A stretch of 64,000 bases of DNA from Chrysomallon squamiferum (GCA_012295275.1 CM022666.1:4774001-4838000); one strand, 5' to 3'. Shown: positions 1 to 14,262, counted from the stretch's first letter. The notes: generated by a model not told the origin, from the sequence alone. Program-made: numbers and translations.

Positions 1-132
1 GGTTCACTCCCACCTAGCCTATAACTTAAAACATCTGTCTCCCACATAGTCAAAATGATGTTGGGATACCTGGGGCAAATGTTTTGTTAGTAAAGTGATA
101 TTAAGGGCTATGGTCCGTTTTCTATATTAAGT

Positions 133-335
133 GAAAATATCCAAATTATGATGTCCTCTACAGAAATCCTCAAACAACATGCAAAGTACGAGGAAACAAG
201 GAAGGTTTTGTTCCTTCCTACATTGGAGCTGTTTACTACCTGAAAGCCAATGACACTGTAGTGGTGAGAACATCAGTTGTGAACAGAATTTTGAGAGATC
301 CTGAGACAACCTACTTTGGCTTGTATATGCTTTGA
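133..335 (+). pseudogene. 3' part of the terminal THD exon of a further TNF-like copy; the 5' half is replaced by unrelated sequence at 1-132
   Basis: Reads ...YPNYDVLYRNPQTTCKVRGNKEGFVPSYIGAVYYLKANDTVVVRTSVVNRILRDPETTYFGLYML* (TGA 333-335) and is near-identical to 16556-16759. Homology stops abruptly at ~132. The rest of the gene may lie left of the window. Confidence 0.8.
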
Positions 336-3300
336 GAGGCCTGAATTATAGTTGGCAATTTATAATTTTCTGCGCTGTGAAAAAAAAAAAAAAAATGTAT
401 GTGTATTTTAAGTGGGTTTTTTTTGTTGGTTTTTTTTTTGGGGGGGGAGGGGCTGTTTCTTTAGATTAATGTTTCTCAGAAGTAACAAATAACATTGCTA
501 TAGAACTGAGCTTTTAGCCCAGGCTGTAAATAGTTCATCAAAATCAATAGACTAAGCGGACCGGATGGGAACATTGCACATCTTAAAAAAAAAGATCATT
601 TTTCATTAATCAACCATTTTTACTACAGAAAAACATACGAGTAAGACCTGCTTTGGAGACAGGGAATTTTTTCTCTCTCTTCGGTAAAATGACATTTTCT
701 ATAAAAAATGTTGGAGTCGTGGTTTATTATTATTACGGATATCAACATGACTGGAATCGCTGCTGGCTTGTACTTTATGAAGAAATTAGGACAAAACACC
801 CATAAAAATGAATACTTGAAAAACTTGATGTATTCAGTATGAACATCTATGTATTTTCTTTAAATAGCAGACATTCATGACAAATAAATAATTTCAAATA
901 CTCAAAAATAATAATATCAGTTTCTAATTTATTCATCTGATTTTATGAGATAAATAAATAAATAAGAATGAGCGATCAGTTGACAAAACCACGCAGTTTG
1001 TTCAGGACTGATTTGTATCACTGGAACCCGAGAGTCATGAATAATAACAAGTAATAGATCATTTTGTGTTACTTGCCTCCAATAACAAAGTTACAAAGTA
1101 TTTTTACAACATATACACACAGACACATATACTTACACGTATTTATTATTTAAAACGTCCTTGATACTGTAATAACATTTTTCGGATAACTGCCAGTATT
1201 TTGAATAATAACATATTAACACTATTTTGTTTGCTTGTTTCTAACTGCTTGAAGATTTCATAGACGTAATGAATATTAATTTAGTTCGGGGACTGGGCTT
1301 TCCACCCAAGCTATAAATAGTTGTCAGGTCACTAGGTAAAGTTGTCAACCGAATTACTAATAGACGGATTTAGAAAGTATGAATGCACTATTATTGATAT
1401 ACATAAATACATCTGTTGTTGTTGTTGTTATTGTTGTTGAAAATAAATATAAACACCGATACTTTTTAAATTTTTATTATTATTAATTTTTAGGTCTGTT
1501 CATTAACAAAGCAGTAACTAGGTCACGAACGCCGTTTGCAAGACAGTGCACCCATTCATAACACTGCTTTAAAAATGTGTGTGTATGAGTGTGCTTCTTA
1601 AGATTAAGGTTTCTGAGAAATAATAAATAACATTCTTCTAGAACTGAGCTTTCCATCCAGGCTATAAATTGTACGTCATAATCAGTAATAAATAAAGATT
1701 GTAAAACAACAAGAAAAAAAAAAAAAAAAAAAAAAAGGCAAAAACATAATTAATTAAAACAACGGTTAAAAATAAATAAATAATTAAACAACAAAATTAA
1801 AATTAAAGTAAAACAAAATGTATAAGACTATATGTGTGTGCGTGCGCACAGTATGATAGTAAGCGACATATTTGACAAAAGTGTCGTTGTTTTGTGTGTG
1901 TTGTTGTTGTCTATATTATTCCAGCTGACCTCTGCTCTGAATAAGGTCATACAGTTAACTGCAAAGATCAATTAAACTGACCTAAAATGTGTATAAAATG
2001 ATATTGTAGTTATTCCACAATGCACATTTACCCATCTTAATTGATTTTATCCAATATGTTGAATAACTTTACATATTAACATTTTCCATCGCGTCACTGA
2101 CAGTGTCTGTTTTAGGTGACAGCATAAAAACACTACATACTGTTACGCGTCCTAATTCTTGTTAATACGCATGCGCATGTATTGAAGAAAGCTAAAATTT
2201 ATATCACGTGATGGCTCCCCTTTCGTCTGTTTGATACAGTGACCTTGACATACTGATTGTTTACTGGAATAACCAGAATGTTATACTATTATAAACAAGT
2301 TCGTACGGGTTTTGGAAAGTATTGGAAATTCGCCACAGTGTTTTCAAGGGTCTCTAACGTTTTGGAAAATTATGTCCAAGCCGTAAATAAAATGTATGAA
2401 AAACTGGTTTGTTTCACCAGTATTTAGCCCTGACCCAACGCCCCGTTTTAGCCATTATAATGAGGTGCCGTTATAGGCTGTCTGAGCAAACCCATAAGGA
2501 GTAGTATTTCGGGCATTTTAAAGTTATGGAAACAAGAAGAAAGTAACATGAAAACTTTTTGTGAAGCAATATTTCTGTAGTCATGTCCACTCCAAGAACA
2601 AAAGCTGTCCCAAAACTAATCCTACATCTGCAAGTATTTGTAAAGAGGCATGCGCGGAAAAGTGACAGGAAGCTATTAATTAACATAATTTATATATATA
2701 ATCATGCATCTCATCAGACGTTGTTCTCTGCTTTTTAAATAAGATTTATTTTAATAATTTCACTTTTTATTATCTCTGAAGTCACAAGAACGTTGTATTT
2801 ACGTTTATGTAAGAAATTTTTATACTATTCGTAGTTTATTAGTATGATAACTGTCTCTTTTACTTTAACGACGTCAGTAAGTAAATTTTTAATCAAAGGT
2901 TATATGACCCCATAGTTATTGTTAAAGACCACATAGACATATACCGTAAGGTAAAACTCTACACCGCAAACAATGCAGGCAATTCTATTTTTGAATAATA
3001 CCGAGGACTATTTGATATATATATACATATATAAAACAAATATTCCTGGCTGTTATGCGATAGCAGAGTAGCCTGTACTGTTTTGAGGTGTAGCGTTTTG
3101 TCTTACGATATATATCTAACAGTAAGACTGGAGATATTCAACGGTTGATTAAACAAGTATTTAGTGACGTCATTAAAGTAAAACACCACACCTTCCCACA
3201 TACAGTGTTGAATACATTAGGTTACATAAATATATAACAATATCTGCACCTGTGTGTATGTGTGTGTGTGTACGTGTATCCATGTCTGTCTGCCTCTCTG

Positions 3301-3534
3301 TCTGTCTGTCTGTAATTATAATTCCATAGTTTAATCTACTTAATATTGATGTATATAATAAATAAATATACTGTACAACAAAAATAACTCTTTAATAACT
3401 AAAAGGAAAATAAATTATATTACAGTCATTTATCTGATTATCACACCTCTTTTCTTCAAACGCTTGCTTCATAGGAAAAGTTTCGAAAACTAACAGACGG
3501 ATAGAGTTCTCTGAAAAAGAGAAACAACAACAAC

Positions 3535-3569
<35 letters not shown>

Positions 3570-3741
3570 CAATAATGACAGTGATGACGATGATTATACT
3601 CAGTACATGTCTTTGGAGCTACTAAGAAAATTCGATTAAATGAAATACAAATATTGGTAATTATTTTTATTTCCCCAGTTCCGTTGTTTCTCTGTGTAAT
3701 CTATGTAAATTGTCTCCCTTTGTTGTTTGTGCATAATGTAT

Positions 3742-3870
<129 letters not shown>

Positions 3871-4214
3871 CTATTACGTACATTGTCTGCAGTTTTATAC
3901 GGAAAGTACAGTTTATTATTAAGAATAACGATATAATTTACACGTCAATCATCAGAGCATTCATCTTGAAGAAAACAGTAGTATATGATACCACTGCCCG
4001 GTCACAGCTCATTCTCTTTATGTACATATAATAACTTGTGGTTAAACAACACTTACACATTCCACCAGCAGTAGATACCAGTGTCTATAACTAACACAAC
4101 TGTTCCTGAAACTATTCCAATAGTTACGTAAAAACCTCTGAAATAAACAACAACAAATCATATAAATAAATAAATAAATAAATAAATAAAAAATAATAAT
4201 AATAATAATAATAA

Positions 4215-4269
<55 letters not shown>

Positions 4270-4644
4270 GTAATATTAAGAATAATGTTGAATAAAATTT
4301 ATTAAATAAAAATATGATCTTAAAAACTTTAGATTTGCTCTGTTTGTTTTCCAGACTGAAAACTTTTCGTATCTTTCTCGTACTCTGACTCTCTGTCTCA
4401 CTCAAACGCACGTACGCACACACACACACATCGAACAGTGAATACCTTTCTTCGCCTTTTACTTATTTATTTATTTATTTATAGTGCACTAAATCAGCTG
4501 TAGAGTATTTATAATTATAATCAATTCTGTTACAATTAGTAGTATCTCTCTGAAATACTCTTTACGTTATCCTGTTGAAAACTAATCTTTGTTTTCTCGT
4601 TGTGTTAAATAGTTATCACGTATTCTCGACTTTTGTAAAGAAAC

Positions 4645-4751
<107 letters not shown>

Positions 4752-5422
4752 TGAAATACTGAGAAGATTTATTTGCATACATTATCACACACACAGTATT
4801 TCTATAATTGAAACTATGAGTCATCTTGACAGCTCATGACGAAGGTAACGATGACGTATTTAGAGGGAAAACTGAAAACCTAAAACTGTGTTTGAAGATA
4901 TTCGACTAGGTGTTAAGAAATTCTGTATTCAGGTGAGCATTAAGTTTACCTGTCTCTGCTCAGGTGTGTGTTGAAATGTAGGGTACTGGTTTGGAATGTG
5001 TGAATGTATGTTTGTGAGTATGTCTATGCATGTGTGAGTGTACATGCACAGGCACATCGTGTTTGTGTGCATGTTTGTGTGTGTGGTTTGTGTCTGTGTA
5101 TGTGTGTTTATTATTATTTATGTATGTATGTATATATATGTGTTTCTGATATGTGTTTATATGTCTGCGTCTATTAATACGTGATTGTTAGTGTAAGCTT
5201 GTTGTGCATATTTATATATATATTTTTTAAAATAACTCTTTATTACTCAAGGACCTTTATCTAAAAAAATACTTGTTGTTGTTAATGTAATATCATTATT
5301 AGAATTATTTGTACTATTATTGTTATTGCTGTTGTTATTTATGGTTATTGTTATTGTAATTATTGTTGTTGATGACATTTTTTGGCAGTTAATATTTTGT
5401 TTCAACTTTATTTTTCATCCAG

Positions 5423-5556
5423 GTATTCCAAACAATTTTTATCCCAAATGCTGTTGTCACTGTAGTTGTGTGTCTATTTGTTATGGCGGTGTACACGTGT
5501 CAGAGGTTGTGCTGACCAAGCAAAGTTTCAACAGACTGGGTCTCCATTATGATATG
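5423..5556 (+). other. Exon-like element X of the second module (134 nt); paralogous copy at ~20229-20363
   Basis: Acceptor ttttcatccag|, donor ATG|gtaagt. Open frame GIPNNFYPKCCCHCSCVSICYGGVHVSEVVLTKQSFNRLGLHYDM. The paralogue has a +1 indel, but its 3' part reads YGCVEVSDLVLAKQSFKRLGLHHDI. Confidence 0.45.
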
Positions 5557-6464
5557 GTAAGTGTTATCTGTGAGTTTATTTATTTATTTTTAAATACTTC
5601 TTTTTCAGTTGATTTCTTTTTTTAATCCATAAGTAACTGGAAATGAAACAAAATGTACAGAATCACATGATTTGAAGATCCAGGATACAGTTCATACCAT
5701 GTAATTTATATATCCAGGTAGGAATAGATTATTAAAGATTAATAGAGTACAGTACTTACCGTGTAATTTATATATCCGGGGATAGATAGAAAATGAAAGA
5801 ATTTAACCAGTCACGACAAAGAGTTTTATCAAATATAATTTTAAAACTGTAAGTGCATTTGTCTTAGTTGTGTTTATGTGAGAACACAGATTATTCTTGT
5901 ACATAACTTAAAAACACTAATAGAAGTAATATGTTTTCTTATATTTGTTTAAATTTTAATTATCTGTTTTTATAATTTACTTAATTTACTGGACCTACAT
6001 AAGAAGGTAAATTATTTCTGTCTAAAATGGTCTCTTGAATATTAATATTCTTTTAATTTCAGTTGTAAAGAATATTTTATTTGTTTGTTGTGTTCATTAT
6101 GGTTAGTTTATTGTTATCATTATTAAACTATTGATTTATTAAATTAATTAATGAATATTTTTGTGTACAGTTTTGATTTAATTTATAGTTGTTATTATTT
6201 AATTACTTATCCTTATTAATTATTAATGAATTAATTATATATATATATATTATTTCTTTCATATATATATATATAAACTTAATCCATGAAATTAATTCTT
6301 TAATTTACTTTCTCTCTTTTCATCTTTTAACAGATCTGGTTTTTGTCAGGCTAAGAATACTTTTTTAAACCAGCGGGGATCAGACAATGAAAGATTCATG
6401 AAAAGAAAATAATTTAGAACCTAAAAATATTACATTCTCATAAGTAAGAACAACGGTTGTCATG

Positions 6465-7060
6465 GTCATCATCCTACATCATCATTCAGAATTTTACTGT
6501 CAACATCATTATACAGAATTTTACTGTCTACATCATCATTCAAAAATTCAGTGTCAACTTCATCGTTCATAATTTTATTGTCTACATCATCATCCAGAAT
6601 TTTATTAACAAAATAATCACTGACAGTTCCTCATCATTCACAAAAGATGGACTCTGCTTCTAGTTTTATTTACTATTATTTTAGGTTTTACTCACATTAT
6701 ACAATGGATGTTCTTGTACAATAGATGTTCTATGTACAATGGATGTTCTTGTATAATGGATGTTCTGTGTACAATGTATGTTCTTGTACACTGGATATTC
6801 TTTGTACAGTGGATGCTCTAGTACAGTTGATATTCTATGTAAAATAGGCATTCTTCTGCAGTGGATGTTCTTTTATACAGTGATTGTTCTACAGACTATG
6901 TCCTGTGTAAAAAGATGATCTTGTACAGATGTTCTGTATACACTACACATTGATGCTCAAGTACAGTAGATGTTCAGTGTACAGTCAATGTTCTTGTTTG
7001 GTAGATGTTCTGTACACAATTGATGTTCTGCTGTAGACGTTTTTGTACAGATGATATGCT
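6465..7060. repeat. Degenerate ~27-bp (catcatcattcagaattttactgtcaa) and ~19-bp (aatggatgttcttgtac-like) tandem arrays
   Basis: Visible arrays. Paralogues at ~21340-21990 and ~26090-26570, and inverted at ~53260-53750 and ~62230-62710. Confidence 0.8.
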
Positions 7061-10000
7061 AAACATGTACATCTATGGATGTTGTAAATATAATTAATGT
7101 TAAATGATAATGAAAACTCCATGCATAGTGGTTTATCTTTGTACAGTGAATACGTAATGTATGTACTACTGATGGTCTGTGTTCTGAAAATCTGTACAGT
7201 GGATGTTCTACAAACAGTGAATGTGTTCTAGGTATGTTCTATGTAAAATGAGTGTGTACTTTATTCAGTGAATAAATATTTACATATTGATTTTCTCTAT
7301 AAAATGACTGTTAAAAGTTAAATGTTCATTGATTGGTTTATAATGAATAATACAAGTTAAGTGGATGTTCCTTATACAGTATGTACTCATGCATTTTGAT
7401 TTTTCAGAACAAGAAACATTTTTAGAAGCATTTCACAATCATAAATACTATTATTAATAATTTTATTATCATCGTGATCATTAATTTTATTATCACTATC
7501 ATCATCATAATTACTACTACTGCTACTACTATTAGTATAACTAAATAATTAATATTATTAGTATTATTCTTACTACTACTACTACTTATTTATTATTAGT
7601 GCTACTATTACTATTGATACTACTACTATTTAATTTATCATCATCATCATTATTATTGTTTGATGTTGACATTGTTGTTAAATAAAGACTACAGTGATAC
7701 CTCTGGTCACGTATTCATTATTTTTATTAGTAGGATATTTACTTTAAAAGAAATACAAATGTCTTGTTCTGAAAATGTGATTTTCTTCCTTTTAATTTCA
7801 AGTAAAATTTTTTTTTTTTTTTCAACTTTTTTTCAGTTCTACACCAGTCAGTGACATCATTTAAGTTTTTATTTTGTAACGCAAAATGTGTATAGTTTAT
7901 AGACAGTATGTTAAATATTGCTGTTATATAACAGTGTACATATCACATACTTATATAGATAAACCTACATGCGTGCACACACACACACACACTCACACAC
8001 ACACACACACACAGATATATCATTATCCGAGCAATGTTGATAAACAGCTGTTTGCTAAGCGGGGCAGGTCATACAAAATGCACGGCCCTCGTGTTTGCCT
8101 ACAATGACATCGCAGGCTGGGAAATGTGTACCTATCTTGCTATTTCCCCGATATCGTATTTCTCAACGTTCACAACTTGTTTCAATGACGCTGTTACTGC
8201 TACCTCTAGTCTATATAAACACGATGAACAACTGACACACATTTCGATCATTTATTTAGGACTAGACGATTGAAAAGTCATTAAATAAAAAATAATATAA
8301 TACTTGGTTAATATACGCTTTTATTTCTTTTTTTCTGTTCATGCACGCACATCACATGTACTTGATGTTGTCTAGTTTCTATTATTCATGAAAACAACTC
8401 AACAAACTGAACGACAAACTAATAGTTCCCTGTGTTGTGTGTGTGTGAACCCAGTTATTGAATAACATTAAACATTTTTTGTTTTTCCACTTTAACCTCC
8501 ATTGACTAAACTGCTGCAGCAGTCTTCTATTCTAGACTACAGCATCACAAAAAACCCCCTTTTTTGGGTTTTTTCTTTAAACCTCCAGAGAGAGAGAGAG
8601 CTCAGTATTGAAGATAAAGATTTAGAGAGAGAGAGAGAGAGAGAGATTTGTGCTGTATTCAGTGAAAAAAATATTTATATACTACTGATTTTCTATATAA
8701 ATTAACTGATGAAAATTAAAAGTTCACTGATTAGTTTACAATGAATAATACAAGTTAAGTGGATGATCCAGTTAAAAATGATTTTGTTTTATACAGTATG
8801 TACTCATGCATTGAAATGATCAGAGTAATAACTGTTTATATATATACGTTACATTTAAAATTTGATGTACAGTTTGCATAATAAACAATCAATTTAAAGT
8901 ATTTTTTTTTTGTTTTATCAAAATAAGAATTTTATTTTTAGAAGCATTTCAGAATCGTAAATATTATGATTATTAATTTTATTATGTCCATCATCATCAT
9001 CATCATCATTATTAATTTTATTACGACTATCATAATTATCATTAACTTTATTACCACTATCATCTTCATCATTATTACTATTGCTATATTATTACTATAT
9101 AATCATGATTACTAGTATTATTCTTTCTACTACTCCTACTATTTATATTAGTGATTCTGCTGCTACTACTACTAATTTATTAAATTTTTCATCATCATCA
9201 TCATTATAATTAGTTTTGTTTGCTGCTGTCATTGTTGTTAAACAAAGACTACAGTGATACCTCTGGTCACCTGTTCATAATTTTTATTACTTGGATAGTT
9301 ACTTTAAATGTAGTAGAAATATCTTGATTTGCATTTATCATTTTTTCTTTACTTTTTTAAAGATCAAGTAAAATTAATGAGCATATTTTTCAACTCATTT
9401 TTCACTTATACACCAGTCAGTAACATGATTTAATTTTTATTTTATGAAGGATAATTTGTATACTTTATAGACAGTAGGTTAAATATTGCTGTTATATAAC
9501 CATGTTCATATCACATACTTAAAAGTAGGTCTACTCGAGCAGTGTTTATAAATAGCTGTTTATCTAAGCGATGCAGCTGATTGAAAATGCACGGCCCACG
9601 TGTTCACTCTGAGTCCCGGCCTACAATGACGTCGCTGAGAAATGTACACGAAAAACGTACACATTGATATCTTATTTAAGTGTCTGCTTCATTCACTGTA
9701 AACAACTGACTTCTAGGCGACGTAGTTTATTCGAAATGCACTGTCGACGTGTTCACTCGACCTCAAATTTTAGCTCTGTCTATCTCATTTCTCTTCATTC
9801 ACGCTACTACTGTTCAGGTGTCGACAACGCTTGGTCAGACACCAATTATTACATTAAGTTGACCCTCCTCCAAAACACTGCATATCATTTACATCACATG
9901 TACTTGACGTAGTCTAGTTTCTGTCATAAAAACAACTCATGGCAAAATTCTTAAACAGATCACTGTGTGTGTGTGGACACCAATGTGTTAACTTGGCAGT

Positions 10001-10819
10001 TCTCCAAAACACCGCATTGCTGTCTGACCACCTCTCTGCAAAATGTTCACTTTATTTGCATTTTTTTTTTTAGTTAGATAATATTTTATTCTTTTCTTTT
10101 TTTTTTTTTTTTTAGGATTTTTTCCACAAGAGATTGAATAGACAACAAGTAATGTTAGTCTAGATTCTATGACAAAACAACTCAGGGCAACATTCTTAAA
10201 TAAAAAATGTGTGTTTATCTTCTGTGTGTGCAGCTGTGTGTCTCTGTGTGTGCGTGTGTGTGTGAGACTTATTTATTATTTTTAATTTGTTTTTTTTTGA
10301 AATAATTGTATTTATGTTGTTGTTTTTATTTTTCTTGAACTTGAATGAACATTTTTATTATGTTTGATAACAGACTGTATCTAAAGTAAAATGAAAAATG
10401 CACTAAACTCGAACACTCATCTGTTTTATAAATTTTGTTTTCATTTTTGATTCTCTGTCTCCTCTCCATTAGGTATTCAGATGTCGGCAATTTGAAGGAC
10501 AACGGTCAAATAAAACAACAGTTTATAGAACAATTTTGACTTTGTTTTCAATTCAATTATTATCTTCTCAACTGCACCCTCCTCCAAAACAAATTATTTC
10601 GTTAACGAAAAGGAAATGTATATATTTCTGATCATATTTTCCAAAGTCTTATTTTAATTGTTTGAAAAAGTCTATAGATCTCCAGTTTTCTCTCTCTACT
10701 GCATATGGGCTGTGTGTTTGTGTTTATGTGTGTTATTTTTTTATTTATTTTTTTTTTTTGAAAGAATGTTATTTATGTGTTTGTTTTTATCTTGGTATTA
10801 ATAACATTTTCATCATGTA

Positions 10820-11163
10820 TGACACAGACTGCATCTAAAGGAAAATGAAGTACTGATCTTGATACGTATCAGTTTTATAAATACATTAAATGCAACAAAA
10901 ACAAAAACAACAACAAAAAAGAAGTTGTATATAGAAATAGGTAAATTCTATATAAAAATATTAAATAGTTAAGTTGATTACAAACGAAATTAAGAAAAAA
11001 GATCCATATACGTTTAATAATATTTAAATTATGAAAAGGAGAAATTCATCGTGCTGAAACATATTTGTAAATTTAAACATGATTATAATAGACGAGTTTC
11101 AAACTTGTTATTAACATTCTGTTTAGAAACTGAGTGAAAGTCACACAAAAACTGAGAAAAGTG
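10820..11163 (+). pseudogene. Relic TNF-like copy: start of coding exon 1 (mostly deleted) plus an orphan 37-nt micro-exon at 11127-11163
   Basis: gacacag|actgcatctaaaggaaaATGaag matches 25506-25535. tttag|aaactgagtgaaagtcacacaaaaactgagaaaagtg|gtaaat matches the micro-exon of the intact copies. Confidence 0.7.
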
Positions 11164-12418
11164 GTAAATTAACACAGACACAAGCACAAATTGGTTTTGA
11201 CATACTGGAAAAGTAAATTATAAAAGTGTTAAGTTTAAATGGAAGCAGAAGAGAAGAGAGAATCTGAACACCACATGCACGTGTGACGTCTGCAACTAAT
11301 TATTACATTTTTATTTATATAATTTGTAAAAAAGAAAAGATCGTTAAAGCGGGATATTTTTTGTTTTATTATATATTTATATTTTATCAATGAATTGAGC
11401 TTAAAAGGGGAACAAGTTTATCGATGAACTGAGCGAACACCTGCTATTAACTTTATTTATTTATTTATTGAGTTATTTATTTATTTGTTTATTTGTTTGT
11501 TTTTTACTTTTATTTGTTTATTTTACTGTGTTTTATTTCATTTCACTTTATTTATTTTCTCTTAATTAATTAATTTATTTCACTTTACTTTTCATAACTT
11601 TTTATTTATTTTACGGTATTTTATTTTACTTATTTACTTATTTATTTGTTTAACTAAACGGTTAAAATTTCATAATTCTTAGTGTTTTAAACCGAATATT
11701 AATTTTTCTTCATTTTTCGGTTTATAAAATAAAAGATGTTGCCTCGCTGATGAAAAAGAAAAAAAGAAAGAAAGGTATCGGTGTTCATTTTTATTTTCAC
11801 CAACAGTAACAACAACAACAACAACAACAACAAATTTATTTATCTATAATAATAATAATGTATTCAAACTTTGTGAATCCGTCTATTAGTAATTCGGTGA
11901 CATAACATCTATTTATAGCCCAATTCCCGAATAAAACGAGTATTTATTACACATGTGAAATCTTCTTCGAAGGAAAAAACAAGTCAACAACATAGTGTTA
12001 ATATGCTGTTATTCAAAATGCTGGCACCTATTCAAAGAATGCTATATTAGAGTGTCAAAGATATTTTAAATAATATTGATGTGTGTGTGTGTGTGTGTAT
12101 GTGAATTTAACAAATTTAATTGAAGAAAATGTATAATCTCTATTTATACCTAACTAGCAACTAACTAGCAACAACAACAGCAATAAAATAAATAAACGAA
12201 TAAATAAATAAATAATAATAATAATAGTAATAATAATAACAACAACAACAATAATAATTAATTAATTAATAACGGTTATTATAATTGTTTTAAGCGTAAG
12301 GTGGTGAATCTAAGCTGCTCAACTTCAACAGAATAGAGTTGAGATAATAATAAACATTTTTATTTAATTCAACATTGTTTAAATTGATAAAATGTAATGT
12401 ATGTGTCTGTGTATATAT

Positions 12419-12491
12419 AGTCTCACTGACTTTCAGGTAGTCAATAGCTCTAATGTAGGGAGCAACAAAACTTTCTTTGTATCTTCGTACT
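12419..12491 (-). pseudogene. Short THD fragment, antisense to copy A and upstream of it
   Basis: Reads VRRYKESFVAPYIRAIDYLKVSET, versus VRRYQEAFVPSYIGAVYYLKANDT in copy E. Confidence 0.75.
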
Positions 12492-12799
12492 AAAGAATAA
12501 TATGCTAAAATTATCTGTGAGTATTCAAAGCCTGAGAAACATGAAAGAAATACCTTCACTGGTAATATATATTAAACATGAACAAGATGAATATGAACAC
12601 ATGCATAATCTAATAAGACTACACAGACTACATGTTTTCCTTTTGTTGTTTATGGCTTAGTTGACACAGGAATAGAAATTACGCTGTACTCTTTATTTAA
12701 CAATAACGACAAAAGCAATCGTAATAATAATAACATAACAACAACAACAATAACTACTGTTAGTAATATGCTTGACTGATATTTACATACAGCTTGGGT

Positions 12800-12965
12800 G
12801 GAAAGCCCAGTACCCGAAGAAAATTATTATTCTCTGAACGGAGGTAGACGACGTCATACGACCTTTTCAAAGTAGCTGGTATAAAAATCAACGCAGCCTG
12901 TCAAACAACGTTTCTGTCGTAGACGTGCTTCACTCCATTGTGAAAACAGAGGCAGCCTAATTTAG
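12800..12965 (+). promoter_or_regulatory. Putative promoter and first non-coding exon of copy A
   Basis: GGAAAGCCC at 12800-12808 (GGGCTTTCC, kB-like), GACGTCAT at 12850-12857 (CRE-like), TATAAAA at 12880-12886, donor ag|gtatgt after 12965. The TATA context is conserved upstream of copies C, D and E. Confidence 0.55.
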
Positions 12966-14262
12966 GTATGTAAATGTTTTACTTATTTCATTTTTTATAT
13001 ATATTTATATGAAATTATAATTTCACTTATTTCACAGGTTATAATTATTTATATAAAAGTATAATTTCACTTATTTCATATGATATATATATTTATATAA
13101 AATTATAATTTCACTTATTTCATAGGTTATATATATTTATATAAAATAATAAATTCACATTGCTGTTTAGGATTTTTCCACGCCCAAATTTCGCTTGTAT
13201 AATATTAAATGATATTACATCAACTTGAAAAAACAAAACATCGCGGTAAAGTCGATAAGTATCTATCACATGCGTTGGCAGGTAAGAATAATAACAGCCA
13301 CAGAAAATACAGCACTCATTTATTTGTCTGGTATCTCGAAAATGTGCAAAATGCACATGCAAGTCGTACCACTGGCAGCTTAATGTAACAGTTCTGTGGT
13401 TATAAAGCAGGAAAACTGAGTTATCAGATTCACGTTGCGATCTATAAACAATAACGTTCACGGTAGTTTGAATTTCTGTCATTGAGAGGAAATCAGCCCT
13501 GGACGTGATCTTTCGAGGACGATACAATATCAGCAAACAGAGCGGATATGTTGAATGAGGACCTGGCAAGCTTTGACAGATTTTTTCTGCCTTTGCACTA
13601 AACCAACTAGCCAAGGTTTTAGGAACGGATAAAGAGAACATTACCTCAAGTTTCGTTTTCCTCCGAGTAAATTTTTCTGCAGCATTGTTTCAAGAACCAG
13701 ACGATCTGCCTACGAAGGTGATTAAATGTGTTATTCAAACTTTGACAGTAGTTTAGTCAAGGTATTTTTCTTCTTCCTTGCTTCTCAAATCTGATGTCCG
13801 CTGGTTTACGAGAACATCGAACTTTCCGCTATTAAGCCCTACCCGAGTTCACCGAGTTTTGTTGTTCGTTTTTGAATTTTTCACAATAAAAACACATTTT
13901 AGTGATTTAATAATATCTTCAGAATGTATGGAGCCGAAACTATTTTGTAATTTCTTGAAAAAATAGATAATTTGGCGGTAGAGAGTGCAAACAAGCCATC
14001 ATCGCCTTCATTAGCCACGTGATCAAAATACTACCACCTGTTTGCATATTTATTCCACTTCAGGGCACTGAATGTTTATTGCGCTTTGACACATTATTTT
14101 ATCTCAAGCTGTTTTTCTGTTTAATTTCATTTTTTTACATTGTTTTCATTGTTAGAAAGTTATGTCTTTGATTGCCAATCTACAGTCACACTTTCCCTAT
14201 TTTTCATGAGAGAAAAAAGATCTTTATTATTATTATTTTTTTAATTTTCCTCCTCTTTCCAG

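Noticed and set aside
127-309. Minus-strand ORF MSQDLSKF... (also 16551-16733, 14832-15074, 27818-28030, 33640-33867, 37444-37671 and 56134-56331)
   Set aside because: These are antisense shadows of TNF exons. Their recurrence follows from the duplication.
2860-3025. Faint resemblance to a gastropod SINE remnant (also ~18700-18860)
   Set aside because: Too degenerate. No tRNA boxes or TSD are identifiable without a search.
7886-8273. Paralogous short ORFs (also 22725-23140)
   Set aside because: They are part of the duplicated non-coding module, include (CA)n, and the frames are not kept in other copies.
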